From: the human T2T-CHM13v2.0 reference genome, Homo sapiens
NCBI RefSeq assembly: GCF_009914755.1
Contig: NC_060926.1
Length of the DNA: 64,000 nucleotides
Reading direction: 5' to 3' (one strand)
Below are positions 13,660 to 26,799 of the stretch, piece after piece (position 1 is the stretch's first letter; each line of letters begins with the position of its first letter). Under the pieces are notes generated by a model. The model did not search any database and was not told the DNA's origin. It saw only the letters and a list, made by a program, of their open reading frames with translations. The position numbers and the translations under genes were made by a program.

Positions 13660-14090
13660 ATTCTGGAGATTAGATCTGAAGGATCCTGAGATTTTGCTCT
13701 GGAGCCCCTATTGTCATCTGTCCAAAATTACCAAGTGCCAGAGGTCTGAATGAACACTGGAAATAGTCAATACTATCCCATTTTTTGCAATGTACAAAAT
13801 CAAGGATTCTGGAAGCTATGGATGGAGGAGATGAATGCTGATTTTCTGCAGAATTCTAGAGCAGGATAGGAAGCAGATTGTTAGTGTTTTGAGAAGAGTT
13901 CAGTGATTACAAGGAATTAACATCCATTCATCGAGAATAACCTCTGCCCTTCCATTAGAGACTGGATCTAGGAATAAAAATCCAAAGAACCCCCGTCCTT
14001 AGCTTGCAACAGCAAGAACAGACAAATGGATATTTCTTAACAGGCTTGTTGTGTTTGATGTGGAGAGATGCCAGTTTTGAGAGATGCTGT
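13660..14090 (+). mobile_element. L3/CR1 LINE ORF2 fossil
   Basis: Manual translation NTIPFFAMYKIKDSGSYGWRR*MLIFCRILEQDRKQIV and VITRN*HPF resembles CR1 pre-RT motifs (DPGNYRPVSL, KILEQIIKQ, ITRSQHGF). Confidence 0.7.
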
Positions 14091-14349
14091 GAGTGGTCCT
14101 CAGATGTCACAACCAGCCCGGGGATTCTCAGGGGGGAAAACCCTTTGCTTGCCCCACTTGGATACCTGAAAGATACTGGATAGCTTTGCTTTGGAAATAA
14201 GCACAGGGAGTCAAAGAGAAGTTAGGGCAGCAGAGAGATTCTAAACAGGATCTGAAGACTAAACATGTTAAAAAGATGAAAAGTATTCTATTCTCTGATA
14301 TTCTCTGATCATATTATCACAAAATATTAGAGCTAGATTCTCATGATGG

Positions 14350-14480
14350 TCCATTCACTTGTGTATTTAGTAATGTTTTTCTGAGTGACTATGCACTAAG
14401 TGCTCTGTCAAGCATAGAAGATACAAGGCCAACCTCTCTAACAGGTGTTTCCCTGGCAACAGGTCTCAAGGTAGAACAAG
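14350..14480 (-). mobile_element. L2 3' end
   Basis: Degenerate antisense L2 terminus. Confidence 0.5.
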
Positions 14481-14776
14481 AAACAATGATGAACAGTAAT
14501 TTTGTACTGGTCCTCTTTCATACCAGTTACATGGAGATTTCTGGTAGGCTCAGTGTTGCAACTTGCAAAGGGACTTCTCAACAGCTCTTTGATAGTATTT
14601 GGCTTGGAGATGCATTTATTCTGCTCTTACTGGATTCAGATGTAGTTTTCAAATATTACAGCTTTTTTTTTTTTAGACAAGCAAGGAAAATCATCAAAAA
14701 AATCATCAGAAGTTGATGAATCAAAATTCAGTTTTAAGAAATCTTGATATTATTCTCAACATGAGCGTGTGCACAG

Positions 14777-14802
14777 ACACACACACACACACACACACAC
14801 AC
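14777..14802. repeat. (AC)13 microsatellite
   Basis: Read directly. Confidence 0.95.
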
Positions 14803-15867
14803 GATTTTATGCCCTTGAAATGATAAGTTCAAGATATTCCAGAGATATAACTTAAGGAAGTCATTTGAAATAATCATCTTTACTTGTATTGTTTATAACT
14901 TTAAGAAACATTTCAACCTGACCACTTGTTTCATACCTTGATTGAATACCTCTTCCCTACACAAGCAAATTCTTATTAAATATGAGAGGGCAAAATGACC
15001 ACCATTTTCACAATTTCTTTATATTTTGAACCAAGGCCAGGAGATAGATAATTGCTGTCCAGCTGTGGATAAACAATGGGTGAGCTTATTTTACGTGATC
15101 ATGCCACTTCTTGTGATATACATGGTAAGTCTTCTGCCTGCTTTCTCTCTGCATTACAGCCCACAAAGCAATCATTACCAACATGAAAACAACATTTGCC
15201 TGTTTGTTGTTTGTTTTTCAGCAACAAAAACAACAAAAAGTTCCCAGCACTTTCCCCTTGTTGCTGTGCTATATATGTATGCCAAGAGCTCATTCATTAC
15301 TGTCCTATCAGGGGCCATAATCACTGCTACTGATACTATCTATCATCCATCAATATTAGTTCATAAAAGAAATGTGTTGCTTTCTCACTCTCTCTGAGCA
15401 CATTTGCCATTAACTTTGTGGGTGGTTTACAAGCTCCTTGGCAACAGTATAATTGTACGTATTTTTGTGCTATGAAAATTTAACATTGAACTATGCTTTT
15501 TTGATTTTCCTTTCTTTTCTACATTTAAGGATACAAATTCATTAATTTCTTGTGGACAATGTTTTGCTCAATTTGTTCTGAACTGTTCTGATTGGCTTAA
15601 TAGGTCATCAGACTTTGTCGAAAAATGACTTTAGGACAAAGTTCTGTTACAGTGTGCTAGGAACTAAGGACAAATGGACCCTCCATCCAAAAGCTTCAGT
15701 TTTTGCATGTATATTATTATACTTAGTAGCCACGTTTCTTTCTTTCTTTTTTTTTGGCTGCTTGAGCAAAATTGTCAATGAGAGTGTCCATGCACTCCAA
15801 TATATGAAATCACATTTTATATTTGATCCATAGTCGTGTTCCATGGCTCATTTATGACTATAGAGAT

Positions 15868-16620
15868 AGAGGAAAACATAAACTCAGTTTTTCCTACCAT
15901 CATCTCACAATACAGAATGCTTCTGTGACCAAGTGGGTGTGGGGTTTTCCCACACATCATGCAAATGATCCTACCTGCGGATTCTCCAGTAGACATCAGC
16001 TGGATGTCCTCTAATTCAATTCAATTCAATTCAGTTCTGACACTGACTATGTGGAGATAGCATCAGATCCCACAGGTTGAGGGCTCAGTCCCACAGGACC
16101 CCCTCTCATTTCAGCTGCCAGTCACAAGCTCAGGCTTTCGGAATTTCTGAACAATTGGCTATAAATTTTGGTTTCCACAACCCCCTCTTTGGATTCGATT
16201 AATTTATTAGAGTGGCTCACAGAACTCGGGGAAACACTTTACTTACATTTACTGGTTTATTAATACAAGATGTAATGAAGGAAGCAGATGAACAGCCAAA
16301 TGCAGAGATTTACTGAGCTAGGTCTGGAGGGTCCTGAGCATAGGAGCTTCTGTTCCCGTGGAGCTGGGGTGTGCCACCTCCCAGCACACTGGTGTGTTCA
16401 TCAACTCAGGCATTTCCAGAATCCAGTCCTTTGAGTTTTTATAAAAGCTTTATTACATAGGCATGATTGATTACATATTTAGCCGTTGGTGATCAACTCA
16501 ACCTTCCGCCCCTCTTCCCTCCCCAGATGTTAGGAGGTGGGGCTGAAAGTGACCAGCCACATTCAGAAGCCTCCTAGGGGCTGCCAGCCACCAGTGTTCT
16601 CATTAGCATACAACAAAACA
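15868..16620 (-). mobile_element. MER21B/C-type LTR (ERVL)
   Basis: GCATCAGATCCCACAGGTTGAGGGCTCAGTCCCACA, GGCTCACAGAACTCGGGGAAACACTTTACTTAC, AGGCATGATTGATTA; one end missing. Confidence 0.85.
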
Positions 16621-18014
16621 ATAGCAACAGCACAGTACTATATATATTTCCCAAAATGTACAAGTGTGTGCAATGAGATGAAGAAACAATAGGTAAGATA
16701 TCCTATTAACAGAGTACCTTAGGTGAACTGACAACATAATCCCTATAGTACATGTAAAACTGTAAAGCATGTAGTAATTATGGAAGAGATTTCTTGGAAA
16801 AATTACATTAATCTTACATTGCAAATTTGTGAAATGCATACGAACACGGTTGTTTCATCATGCTTTCACTTGAAACAATTCCACCACCTGCAGACCACTT
16901 GTGAGGCCACTGGGAGCCACTAGGAACCTGTAGACCACACTTGGGGATACCTTGACTTACTTGGAACCACATCCTTTCCATGTGTAGCTCTTGAACCCCT
17001 CCTTAAAATCAGCAGTGTTTGTCATCCACATCCATCTGTGGTCTTTTCACAATGAATCCCCAGTGCTCACAGAATTAAGTGTGGCATTCAAGGCCCTCCA
17101 CAATGTGTGCACCTATAGTCCCGCTATGATAACTGTCTTCAAGTTCTCTGAAAGTGTCTGGGTGTCCTGCGTGTGCCTTTTATTCCCACGACAAGTCCTT
17201 TCCCCTTCCCACTTCCAGTGGACCACATAGTAAAATATGATGAACGTACCTTTCTTACCTGGAAAGTAACAATTTTGAGGCCATAGAGCTTCATCACATC
17301 CTGCCTTTGCATTCACGGAGAAACTTGGTTGCCCCAGGTGTGAAAGTGACTGGGTTTCATCACGGCCCCCTCCCAAAGATGTTAGTCCAGGGATCTGGAC
17401 CAGAAGAAACTTTAAATGTCAGCCCTTTATGATATACTTAATGGTCTCTCCTTTGTTTTCCAAGTGTTGTCCCATCTGAGTCCTGTGCCTGCCTCACCTC
17501 CACCCAGTGAGGGTCCTTACCCAGCCACGTACACCACTTGGGGACTAGTGGTGTTCCTGCTCCTTACAGTCATATCTGAGGGTGAGCTCCCAAGGGTTTC
17601 ATCATGGCCCATTTGAGGAGATTATTGCACATAGATCCCTCTGGGTCTATCCCATCAGCTGTCCAGATAGCCCTGGACATGACTGCACTTAAAGACCAAA
17701 CTCAGTCCTGGACTCTGGGATTCCATTCCAATAGGTCCTCAGCCCTTACAGCATCAAGTCCAATTCCTTGGTGTAGCATCAAGGCCCTCCACAATGTGCG
17801 TGGCAGCCAGTGTCCTGCATGTCTACATTTCCCAGTGTCCAGCCTGTTTCCAGCGCATCGCATCTCTGGCTTTTCCTGAGGGTGTGTCCTCATCTCCAGA
17901 GCTTCCCCCCAGTCTTTGCCTCATCTGTCCCCTCCTTCTGGAGCAAAGTGGGTCTTTGTGGTTTCTCCAGCTCTAATGCCTTCTTCTCCATAAGCTGTCC
18001 ATGGATTCCCACTG

Positions 18015-18230
18015 GCATAAGTTTTGAAGTCAGATAGACTCGATTTCAAATTCCAGATCTGCTTTTCCTTTACTGTGTGACACTGCATTTTTCACTCAAC
18101 CCTTCTGTGATTTAACTTTCCGGACTACAAAACAGGGACAATGATTCCTACCTTGGAAGGAAGATATCAAAAGTAAAAGCAACAATGTCTTTAAAGTGCC
18201 CTACACAGCTATGTATGCCTGATAGGTGTC
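18015..18230 (+). mobile_element. MIR
   Basis: TTTGAAGTCAGATAGAC...TACTGTGTGAC head and core. Confidence 0.7.
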
Positions 18231-18459
18231 ACTTCCCTGCTCCTTCCTTTCTCCGTATTCCTTCAGCATGTTGATTTTTACTTCTGTTTTACTTACTGCT
18301 TATTACTGATTTACTGTAGTTCTCTTCCTATTTAATTTTCTTTATAATTCTTTAAGGCATTTATCTTCTGAATTGAACTGGAAAATTCTTAGGATCACGA
18401 AACATTTTCTTCATCTTCCCGGTTTCTGTGCCTAGTATGGAGTAGGTACTTGGTAAATC

Positions 18460-18590
18460 ATATATAATACATATATTATAAAATATATAAATATATAAAA
18501 TATATAAGTATATATAAAATATAAAAAGTATGATATATAATATATAAAATATATAATATATGATAACCATATAATAACCATATATATGAT
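18460..18590. repeat. AT-rich (TATA)n low complexity
   Basis: Read directly. Confidence 0.9.
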
Positions 18591-18942
18591 TTTTTAATTC
18601 ACTTTGGGAAATAATAAAAAGGAATATGGAATAGGAACTTGCTATTTCAACTAAAAGCATGATACCTCTAGGAGAATAGGATTTAGTTTTTTAAGGTTTT
18701 ATGTGTGGCACTGCAGAGGAAAGGTAGGAAGTTACAGAGCTTTCTGCCCTAGAGGAGCAAAACAAAAACGGGGTAACAAGATGGACATTCATGCCCAAAG
18801 AAAAATATATGCTATCCTGAAACTTGTCAACTGAACGATCTCTGCAAAATATCAGTGCTGCTCTGGATAAAGAAAGGGCAATGGTGCCAAGTGAAAGCAC
18901 CTCTCTTGCAAGCTTATCCCAGACATTAAGGGTTAACGGTAA

Positions 18943-18975
<33 letters not shown>

Positions 18976-18991
18976 CACGCACACACACACA
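18943..18991. repeat. Interrupted (CA)n microsatellite
   Basis: Read directly. Confidence 0.95.
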
Positions 18992-20687
18992 GAGAACTGT
19001 TTTCCCTTGCAAGATTAGTGCTGCTTTCCAATGCCTGATTTCCCCCAACCATGTTCCTATGTGATGATCCTTTGCCACACACAAGACTGTCATTGTATAT
19101 TCATTCATTAGAGATAATGATTTTGAGTTTCTGTCCCCACTGACCTGTGGACAGATGGCTAGCATGAATGCCACGTTTATCTGGACACCAGATCAGCTTC
19201 AGCAGCCCTCTGATGGGCCTGATCGCCGTGTGGCAGCTGCATTACAGACCTCCTCTTTTCTCCTCAACTCCCGGGGGGCTACCGACTGGGTGTACTGAAT
19301 GTGAACTTCTGCAGAAATGGGCCTTTTGGTCATGACCAGTTTTGCTTTCTTTTCATAACCATCCGATAAATGTCGGGACTGCTTTAAGTTAATCATCTCA
19401 GATTGGGGTAAAAACAATTTGAAGTTCTAGATTGTTAGAAGCATTATTCAATTCTGAATAACAATTGCTTTTCTCTACCCTCTCCCTGTCTCTGTCTGTC
19501 TTAATACATAAGGGTTCAAACAAAACCTAGAAGTAAATGGAAGGGTTGTATTTGTGGATGGTACCTGCTGAATTCTTGGCTGCATTTAAAGATCTGATGG
19601 CAGTGCCACAAAGGGGACCAATTCTTGGCTGGAATAACTTCTGGTGGACCCGCTTAGTGAAAAACAGGCCAATCACTAATTTGATCATTTTAGACAGATA
19701 GTTTTCTGCAGTAATTATTTTCTTTTAGCAAAAATTATTTCTCTTAGCAAAAAGACTTTCAATAAGGCAGTTTTAATGAATTGTTTCCTCTACTGCTTTA
19801 AAAGAAGATATTTGGCTATGCTAAACTCACAGTAGCCTTTAGAATCAGACTTGTATGAATGAATAAAGTAGATCAATTTTGATTTAATCACAAACTGTGA
19901 AACCTTTATAAGAACAGTTACACTTAGGGCTGCTGACAATTGCTATTATTTCATTAATTCACTCAACAAACAATTTTTGTCTTGACCTCTATATGTCAAG
20001 ACAGATCTTCCTCTTCCATGGAATACTGATGAGCTCTCAAACTTTACCTGGGAGGAAAGAAGGGTAATCAGAGTTTAGAAATCCCCATGAGAGATTTTAG
20101 AATTTATTCCCTCCCATTAACATGTTCCCATTAATTATCTCCTTTACAATATTCGTATTTTAAAACTAGGTCCTGAATGTGTTAGAAAAAAAAAAGTTTG
20201 CAGAATGGTATCTCTTCTTTTTACTCAACCTCTTCCTCCTTGTCATCACCCCTGTGATCCAAAGTGGTTTTCCCCAAGCTCGGTTCATCATATATATTTA
20301 AAAAAAGCCACTTAAAGCATAATGCAGCCATGGATTCTTCTAGTCAATGGCACATTCCTTTTGAGATCTTTCATCGTTCGCATTTTTCTAAGTTTTTAAG
20401 AGGACTACCTCCATTTCTACCTACCCGAATTCTTTCCATGCTTTAAGACTTAGCCTGAGGGCTACTTCCTCCATTTCATGCCTGCTTCAGTCTCCCCTTA
20501 GCCCCGGATTCTCTCCTTCTTCCTAGTCCTGCATATTTTTCTCTCCGATTCTCTCAAATGCTTTCCCTCCAGCAAGCAAACTCACTCTTGTCTCTACACT
20601 TACCGTATCTCGAGGCTCCTACCTGCAGGTCTTCCTGGGATTAAGTCCATGGATTGTCTTGCCTGGCTTCATTTAAAAAAGAAAAAC

Positions 20688-21710
<1,023 letters not shown>

Positions 21711-21899
21711 TCGGGCTTGGCATGTCCCAGGGTTATTCTCAGCATGACATTCCTCCCTGATCCTTTCAAGACGCTAGGTTCTCACACAAAGCAACGTGCC
21801 ATCCTTGGGCACTTCTCCCCTCTTCATTCACTCAGTTGTCCAGCTCTACAAAATCATACTTTAGCATAGTTTAAAAAACAAACAAATGCCTCTGCATTG

Positions 21900-22356
21900 C
21901 AGACAAGGCCTTCTAGTATCTAGCATTTCCTACCTTCCCATTCTCATTTTCTGTCCCTTCCCTACCCATCCTCTAACTTTGCTCCAGAGCAAATGAATTG
22001 CCATTCCACTCAAAGATTCACATGATTTCAAGTCTCCCTGCCTTTCCACCTATACTTCTTTCTGCCTGGAGGGCACCTCCCCTCACTGACCGCCTTTTAA
22101 GTCCAACCTTCTGAAAAACAGACAGTCCAACCTTCTCATCCTTCAGGAAGTCTCCTTGAATAGTCAGAAGTCCCTTCTCATTTCACTACAAACCTTGACA
22201 CATTCCTCTAGCACTACGCTTACAAAGTGGCATTTTAACTATTTGTTCATATTTCTGTTTTCTTACAAGATGAATACTTTAAGTGCAGGGATTCTGACTT
22301 ATTCATCTCTTTGCTACCAACATCAAGCATGTTTAGTATCTGTGGAATGAATGACT
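21900..22356 (+). mobile_element. L2 3' region
   Basis: TTCTGCCTGGAGGGCACC, CTCATCCTTCAGG, ends TGGAATGAATGA. Confidence 0.65.
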
Positions 22357-23249
22357 GGTTCAATCGTTATGTGATTTTTCACATACGTACCTGTAACTCT
22401 TTCACTGGCAAGGTGCCTTCTAGGAGTGTGACTTTTCACACCTATGCCTGTGACTCTCCCACTAGCATGATGCCCTCCTAGGGGGCAGATACCCAACTCA
22501 TTATTCTTCGTGTCCCTGCACAGTACCTGAAGGCTTATCTCACCTAGTAGACCCCTAAACCCTGTGATGCGTTAACAGGTTGGCTAACAGCCAGGGAGAG
22601 GTCCTGGAGTGGGCTCCTCCTCCAAGGAGGGGATGCTCCACATGCCCAAAGAGCTGCTGATTATAAACAAGCCATTGAAATAAGTGGCGGCTTCATCTGA
22701 AAGTCAGTTTTGGTTGCAGAAAAGTGCTGACCATCCTTTAATACTGAGACAGGAAGGAGGCACTGCAATCAAACATAATTGGAAGATTACAGGAGCTCAA
22801 AATTACCCTATAGCAGAAAATTATTTTTCATGCTAGGCAGAGAAACCCAGGCATTGATTCCCCCCGCCCCCCTTTTTATGTGAGGAAGCCTCTTGAAGAT
22901 AATCAGATTTCACTGAGAAGATACAATGGTAGATTTTCCCGTTAAACTAATATCTCAATAGATGTTCAGAAAGATCCTCTGCAATGGTGTCAAGAATAAC
23001 AGCGAAACCCCTCATTTGGGTAATTTAGATTTGTATAAATCTGAATTGGCAAGACTGTCATGCTGAACTCCATTTACTCTTTGAATTTTTTCCCTGCTGT
23101 TCAGGTACAAGGCCTCCAGGTGTGTAGTCATGACTGGGCCATAATATCCCATAATACGCCATTAGCCTTTCTAAAGGCATGGACAACTGAGAAATATGTG
23201 TTCCTCCGTTTATCCAAGTGATTATATATTCTTTAAAATATTATATCCT

Positions 23250-23375
23250 CAGCATTCTCATTTGCTACTAGTGGAACTATAAATTGCTACAGCCTTTGTG
23301 GAAAGCAATTTGACAATACATTTTAAATGCCTTGGAAACACTCATACCCAGTAATTTTATTTCTGGGTGCATATT
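23250..23375 (+). mobile_element. Old L1 (L1ME-like), left part
   Basis: ATAAATTGCTACAGCCTTTGTGGAAAGCAATTTGACAATA, ACCCAGTAATTTTATTTCTGGG. Confidence 0.65.
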
Positions 23376-24421
23376 GTTTATTATTATTATTTTTAAACTT
23401 GTCATTATGAGAAATTTCAAACCAATACAAGAATAGAAGAGAATAATAAACTCCCATGTACCCAACCTCTAGCTTCTACAATTCTTAATTTATGGCCAAC
23501 CTTATTTTAATATACCTAGCCATCTCTCCACAACTGGATTATTTTGAAGCAAATCTAAGACATCATATCATTTCTTCTCTAAATATTTCAGCACATATCC
23601 TTAAAAGACATGGAATTTTCTGCAAGCTGGAGACCCTGAAAAAAAGATAAAAAAAAGACATGGAATTTAAAAAATAACCACCATCTTATTATCACCTAAG
23701 AAAAATCACAATTCCTTGATACCATCAGGTATCCTATCAGTGTTCAAAATTCTCTGATTATTTCTAAATACTTTTTATGCCAGGTTTGTTCAATAAAAAT
23801 TCAAACAAGATCCATGCATTGGATTAGGTTGATATGCCTCTTAAATGTCTTCACTTTCTGTTCCTCTTCCCTTTTTATGTTTCCTTGCAATCTATTTGTT
23901 TAAGATATTGGGTTGTTTGTACCATAGTTTTCCCACATTGTGTATTTTGCTGCTTTCCTGTATTACTTACAGACTGGTGGTTAGCACTAGGGGGCTTTTC
24001 ATACCCAGGTTTATTTTTTGGTAAGAAAACCTCAAAAGTACTGTTGTATGCTTCCATGGGGGGCATATGATACCTGGTTGTCTCTCCCTTTGTGATGTTA
24101 AAATTGGCCGGTGCATCCAGGTGAGCCAATTAATATAAAGTTTACCGAGAGCTTTCCATTAAACGGTTTTAGCAGTTATTGATGACCATTGTTAGATATG
24201 TTACTTCATTAGGGTTGCATAATGGTGATATTCTGATCTTTCCTTCTCTCATAACTTATTAGCTAGACTATTTATTTAAAAAGAAACTTTCTTTCATTAA
24301 CTATTTGACAACTCTGAGGCAGAGCTTGTAGAGAAAAAGGCAGGATAAATACTTCATCCTGTCTTTTATTTACCAATTTTCAGAATAATGAGTTGGTTCC
24401 GTAGCAGCTCGGAATGATGAC

Positions 24422-24859
24422 GATGGTTGCCAGAATAATAGCCCCTGATGTGCACAACTTAATCCCCAGAAGCAATGTCACCTTACATGGCAAAGGCACT
24501 CTGCAGAAGTGATCAAGTCAAGGATCTTGAGATGAGGAGATGATCTTGGATTCTCCTCCTGGCCCAGTGTTATCACAAAGGACAGCTGAAGAGGGAGACA
24601 AAAGGGTCTGAGTCATAGAGGATGTGAGGACAGAGCAGAAGTCTCGGTGGTATGAGCCATGAGCCAAGGAATGTGGGCAGCATCTAGAAGCTGGAAAAGG
24701 CAAAAACATGAATTGTCCCCTAGATCCTCTGGAAGGAACAATGCCAGGCACACCCATTTTGGAGTTCTGACCTCCAGAACTGTACAATAATAAATTGATG
24801 GTTTGCTAAGCCACAAAGTTTGTGATAATTTGTGATAAGAGCAATAAGAAACTAACACA
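24422..24859 (+). mobile_element. MLT1D solo LTR
   Basis: Near-full LTR; 5-bp TSD ATGAC at 24417-24421 and 24860-24864. Confidence 0.92.
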
Positions 24860-25302
24860 ATGACCTTGTGTTTTTGAATATTTGATGTTTCTATCCATAT
24901 TCTTTTAGAAGCTCAAATTACTTAATTGGCTCCTGTGTCTTCTAGCCAGAATCACAGGGACAACTGCTTGCACTTTATGTATAATATGGTATTCCAGGTT
25001 TATCTCGTACATTTTCTAGGATGAGGCATTTTTTCAAGGAGTCTTGCTCTCTTTCACTGTGAAATGCTATTCAGAGACCACAGTTTGAGTGGTAGGGTGC
25101 TCATTGCTACTGGGTTGGTCATTTTTCAGTAGACCTTTCTAGTGTACAGAGCTAGGAAATAAAACATGAATTCACACTAGTATTTCAAATTCAAATTTAG
25201 AATTACTGGGTTGTTAGTTTTTAGATATTATGTCTCTTTTTTATGCTGAAAATCTTGGCTCTCAACAACCTTACATAATTTCTTATTTAAATTCTATATG
25301 TG

Positions 25303-25306
<4 letters not shown>

Positions 25307-25341
<35 letters not shown>
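25307..25341. repeat. (TA)n microsatellite
   Basis: Read directly. Confidence 0.95.
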
Positions 25342-25344
<3 letters not shown>

Positions 25345-25416
25345 TTACTTATATATCTCTCTCTAAACACCCTTTTGTCTTTTGCTGGGCCAAAGGGTAT
25401 ATATATATACACACAA

Positions 25417-25493
25417 TTTTATTTTATTTTATTTTTCTAATTTTATTTTTATTTTTTGAGACAGAGTCTCACTCTGTCACCCGAACTGGAGTG
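25417..25493 (-). mobile_element. 5'-truncated Alu (3' end only)
   Basis: (TTTTA)n tail plus GAGACAGAGTCTCACTCTGTCACCCGAACTGGAGTG. Confidence 0.85.
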
Positions 25494-26215
25494 ACTACTT
25501 CTGTATCTTTCAGAAGGTTATTCTTATAGATGTTTTATATTTAAGCTTGTGCTTGGTAACATATTTCTCTTTTACCATGTCTTTTAACTGTCTTTGTATT
25601 TAATATATAAAGGTTATTAATTTGCATATATTGAGTTGTTAATTACTAAATTCTCATGGTTCACAGTAGTTTTAGGTTGATTCTTTTGGTTCTCAACCTA
25701 ATTGATAAAGTCTTATTTTTATTATTCAATTCTTAACCTCTAGTTTCATTGTTTTTGTCTATTTACATTGGTTAATTACTGAAACAGTGGTAAAAACTAA
25801 TAGAGATTTTAGATATCTTGTGTTGTTTCTAAGTTTAGAGATAAAGCCTCTAGTGTTTCTTAGTTCACTATTAAGTAGGATGCTGGCTTTTGAGTTGACA
25901 TTTACGTATGTGTGTGTGCAATCATAATATAATCATGCAGCATTAACTGTCAGCTCTTATTTTGTTGAATAATTTTTACATAGATGAGTGGTGAATTTGA
26001 GATATAGTTAGTAAATGGAAGATAAGTATGTCATTTTTTTCCCTCCTTAGCTATAATGATGGGTTCTATTAAGAGATTTCCTAGTGTTGAACCATCTTTG
26101 CATTCCTGGATGCAACATGCCAGGAAAACCACTGTTGTTTTTTGCTTTTTAGTTGTTTATTTGTTTATGCTGACAGATTCTGTTTACTAATGCTTTATTT
26201 GATATATGTATATAC

Positions 26216-26370
26216 TTTTTGAAGATATGAGGTCTCATTACATTTTCCAGACTGGAGTGCAGTGGCTATTCACAAGTACGTTTACAGTGCACTATCTCTG
26301 GGCTCAAGTGATCCTCTCACATCAGCCTCCTGAGTAGCTGGGACGACAGGTACCTGCCACTGCACCTGGC
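26216..26370 (-). mobile_element. FAM (fossil Alu monomer)
   Basis: Monomer that retains the 7SL-derived GCAGTGGCTATTCACA, which dimeric Alu arms lack. Confidence 0.8.
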
Positions 26371-26799
26371 ACTCTTTGATATTCTTTAGTAAGATTGATC
26401 TGTCTTCTTTTTTTGATGCAGTTAGTTTTTGGTTTTAATGACACATTCTTTATAGAAAAGAACTGGAGGATTTTCTTTGCTTTTCTGTGCTGTAACATAG
26501 TTTCAGGAGCAGTTGGGATTCTTGATTTTTGCAAATGTGATAGAATTCCTATGAAAAAATATTCAGGGCTGGTGCTTTTATTGTAGGGGAGTTCTTTAGC
26601 ATTCATTATTTTCTCTAAGAAAAATGGTTAGTTCAAACTTTCTGTCTTTGTAAGTATTATTTTTGGTAAGTTGTGTTTTTTCCATAATACCTATTTTATC
26701 TATTTTTTTCTTATTTACTTGTACAGAGTTGCAGCAAGGTAGTCCCTTATGACTTTAACATTTTATTTCTTCTATGTCTTTTTGATAGCCTTTTTTTGT

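Larger units (their letters stand above)
14500..16953 (-). mobile_element. hAT-Charlie DNA transposon fossil with degenerate transposase, split by MER21 LTR
   Basis: Four colinear transposase-like motifs on minus strand (15378-15451, 15063-15081, 14899-14964, 14809-14856); hAT-like terminus GACCACACTTGGGGATACC near 16950; outer limits uncertain. Confidence 0.65.
23378..26790 (-). mobile_element. L1MC4/5-type element (3' UTR plus ORF2 remnants) with nested inserts
   Basis: GGATTATTTTGAAGCAAATCTAAGACATCATATCATTTC 3'-UTR signature; antisense ORF2-like text at 25800-26500; may be more than one L1. Confidence 0.7.
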
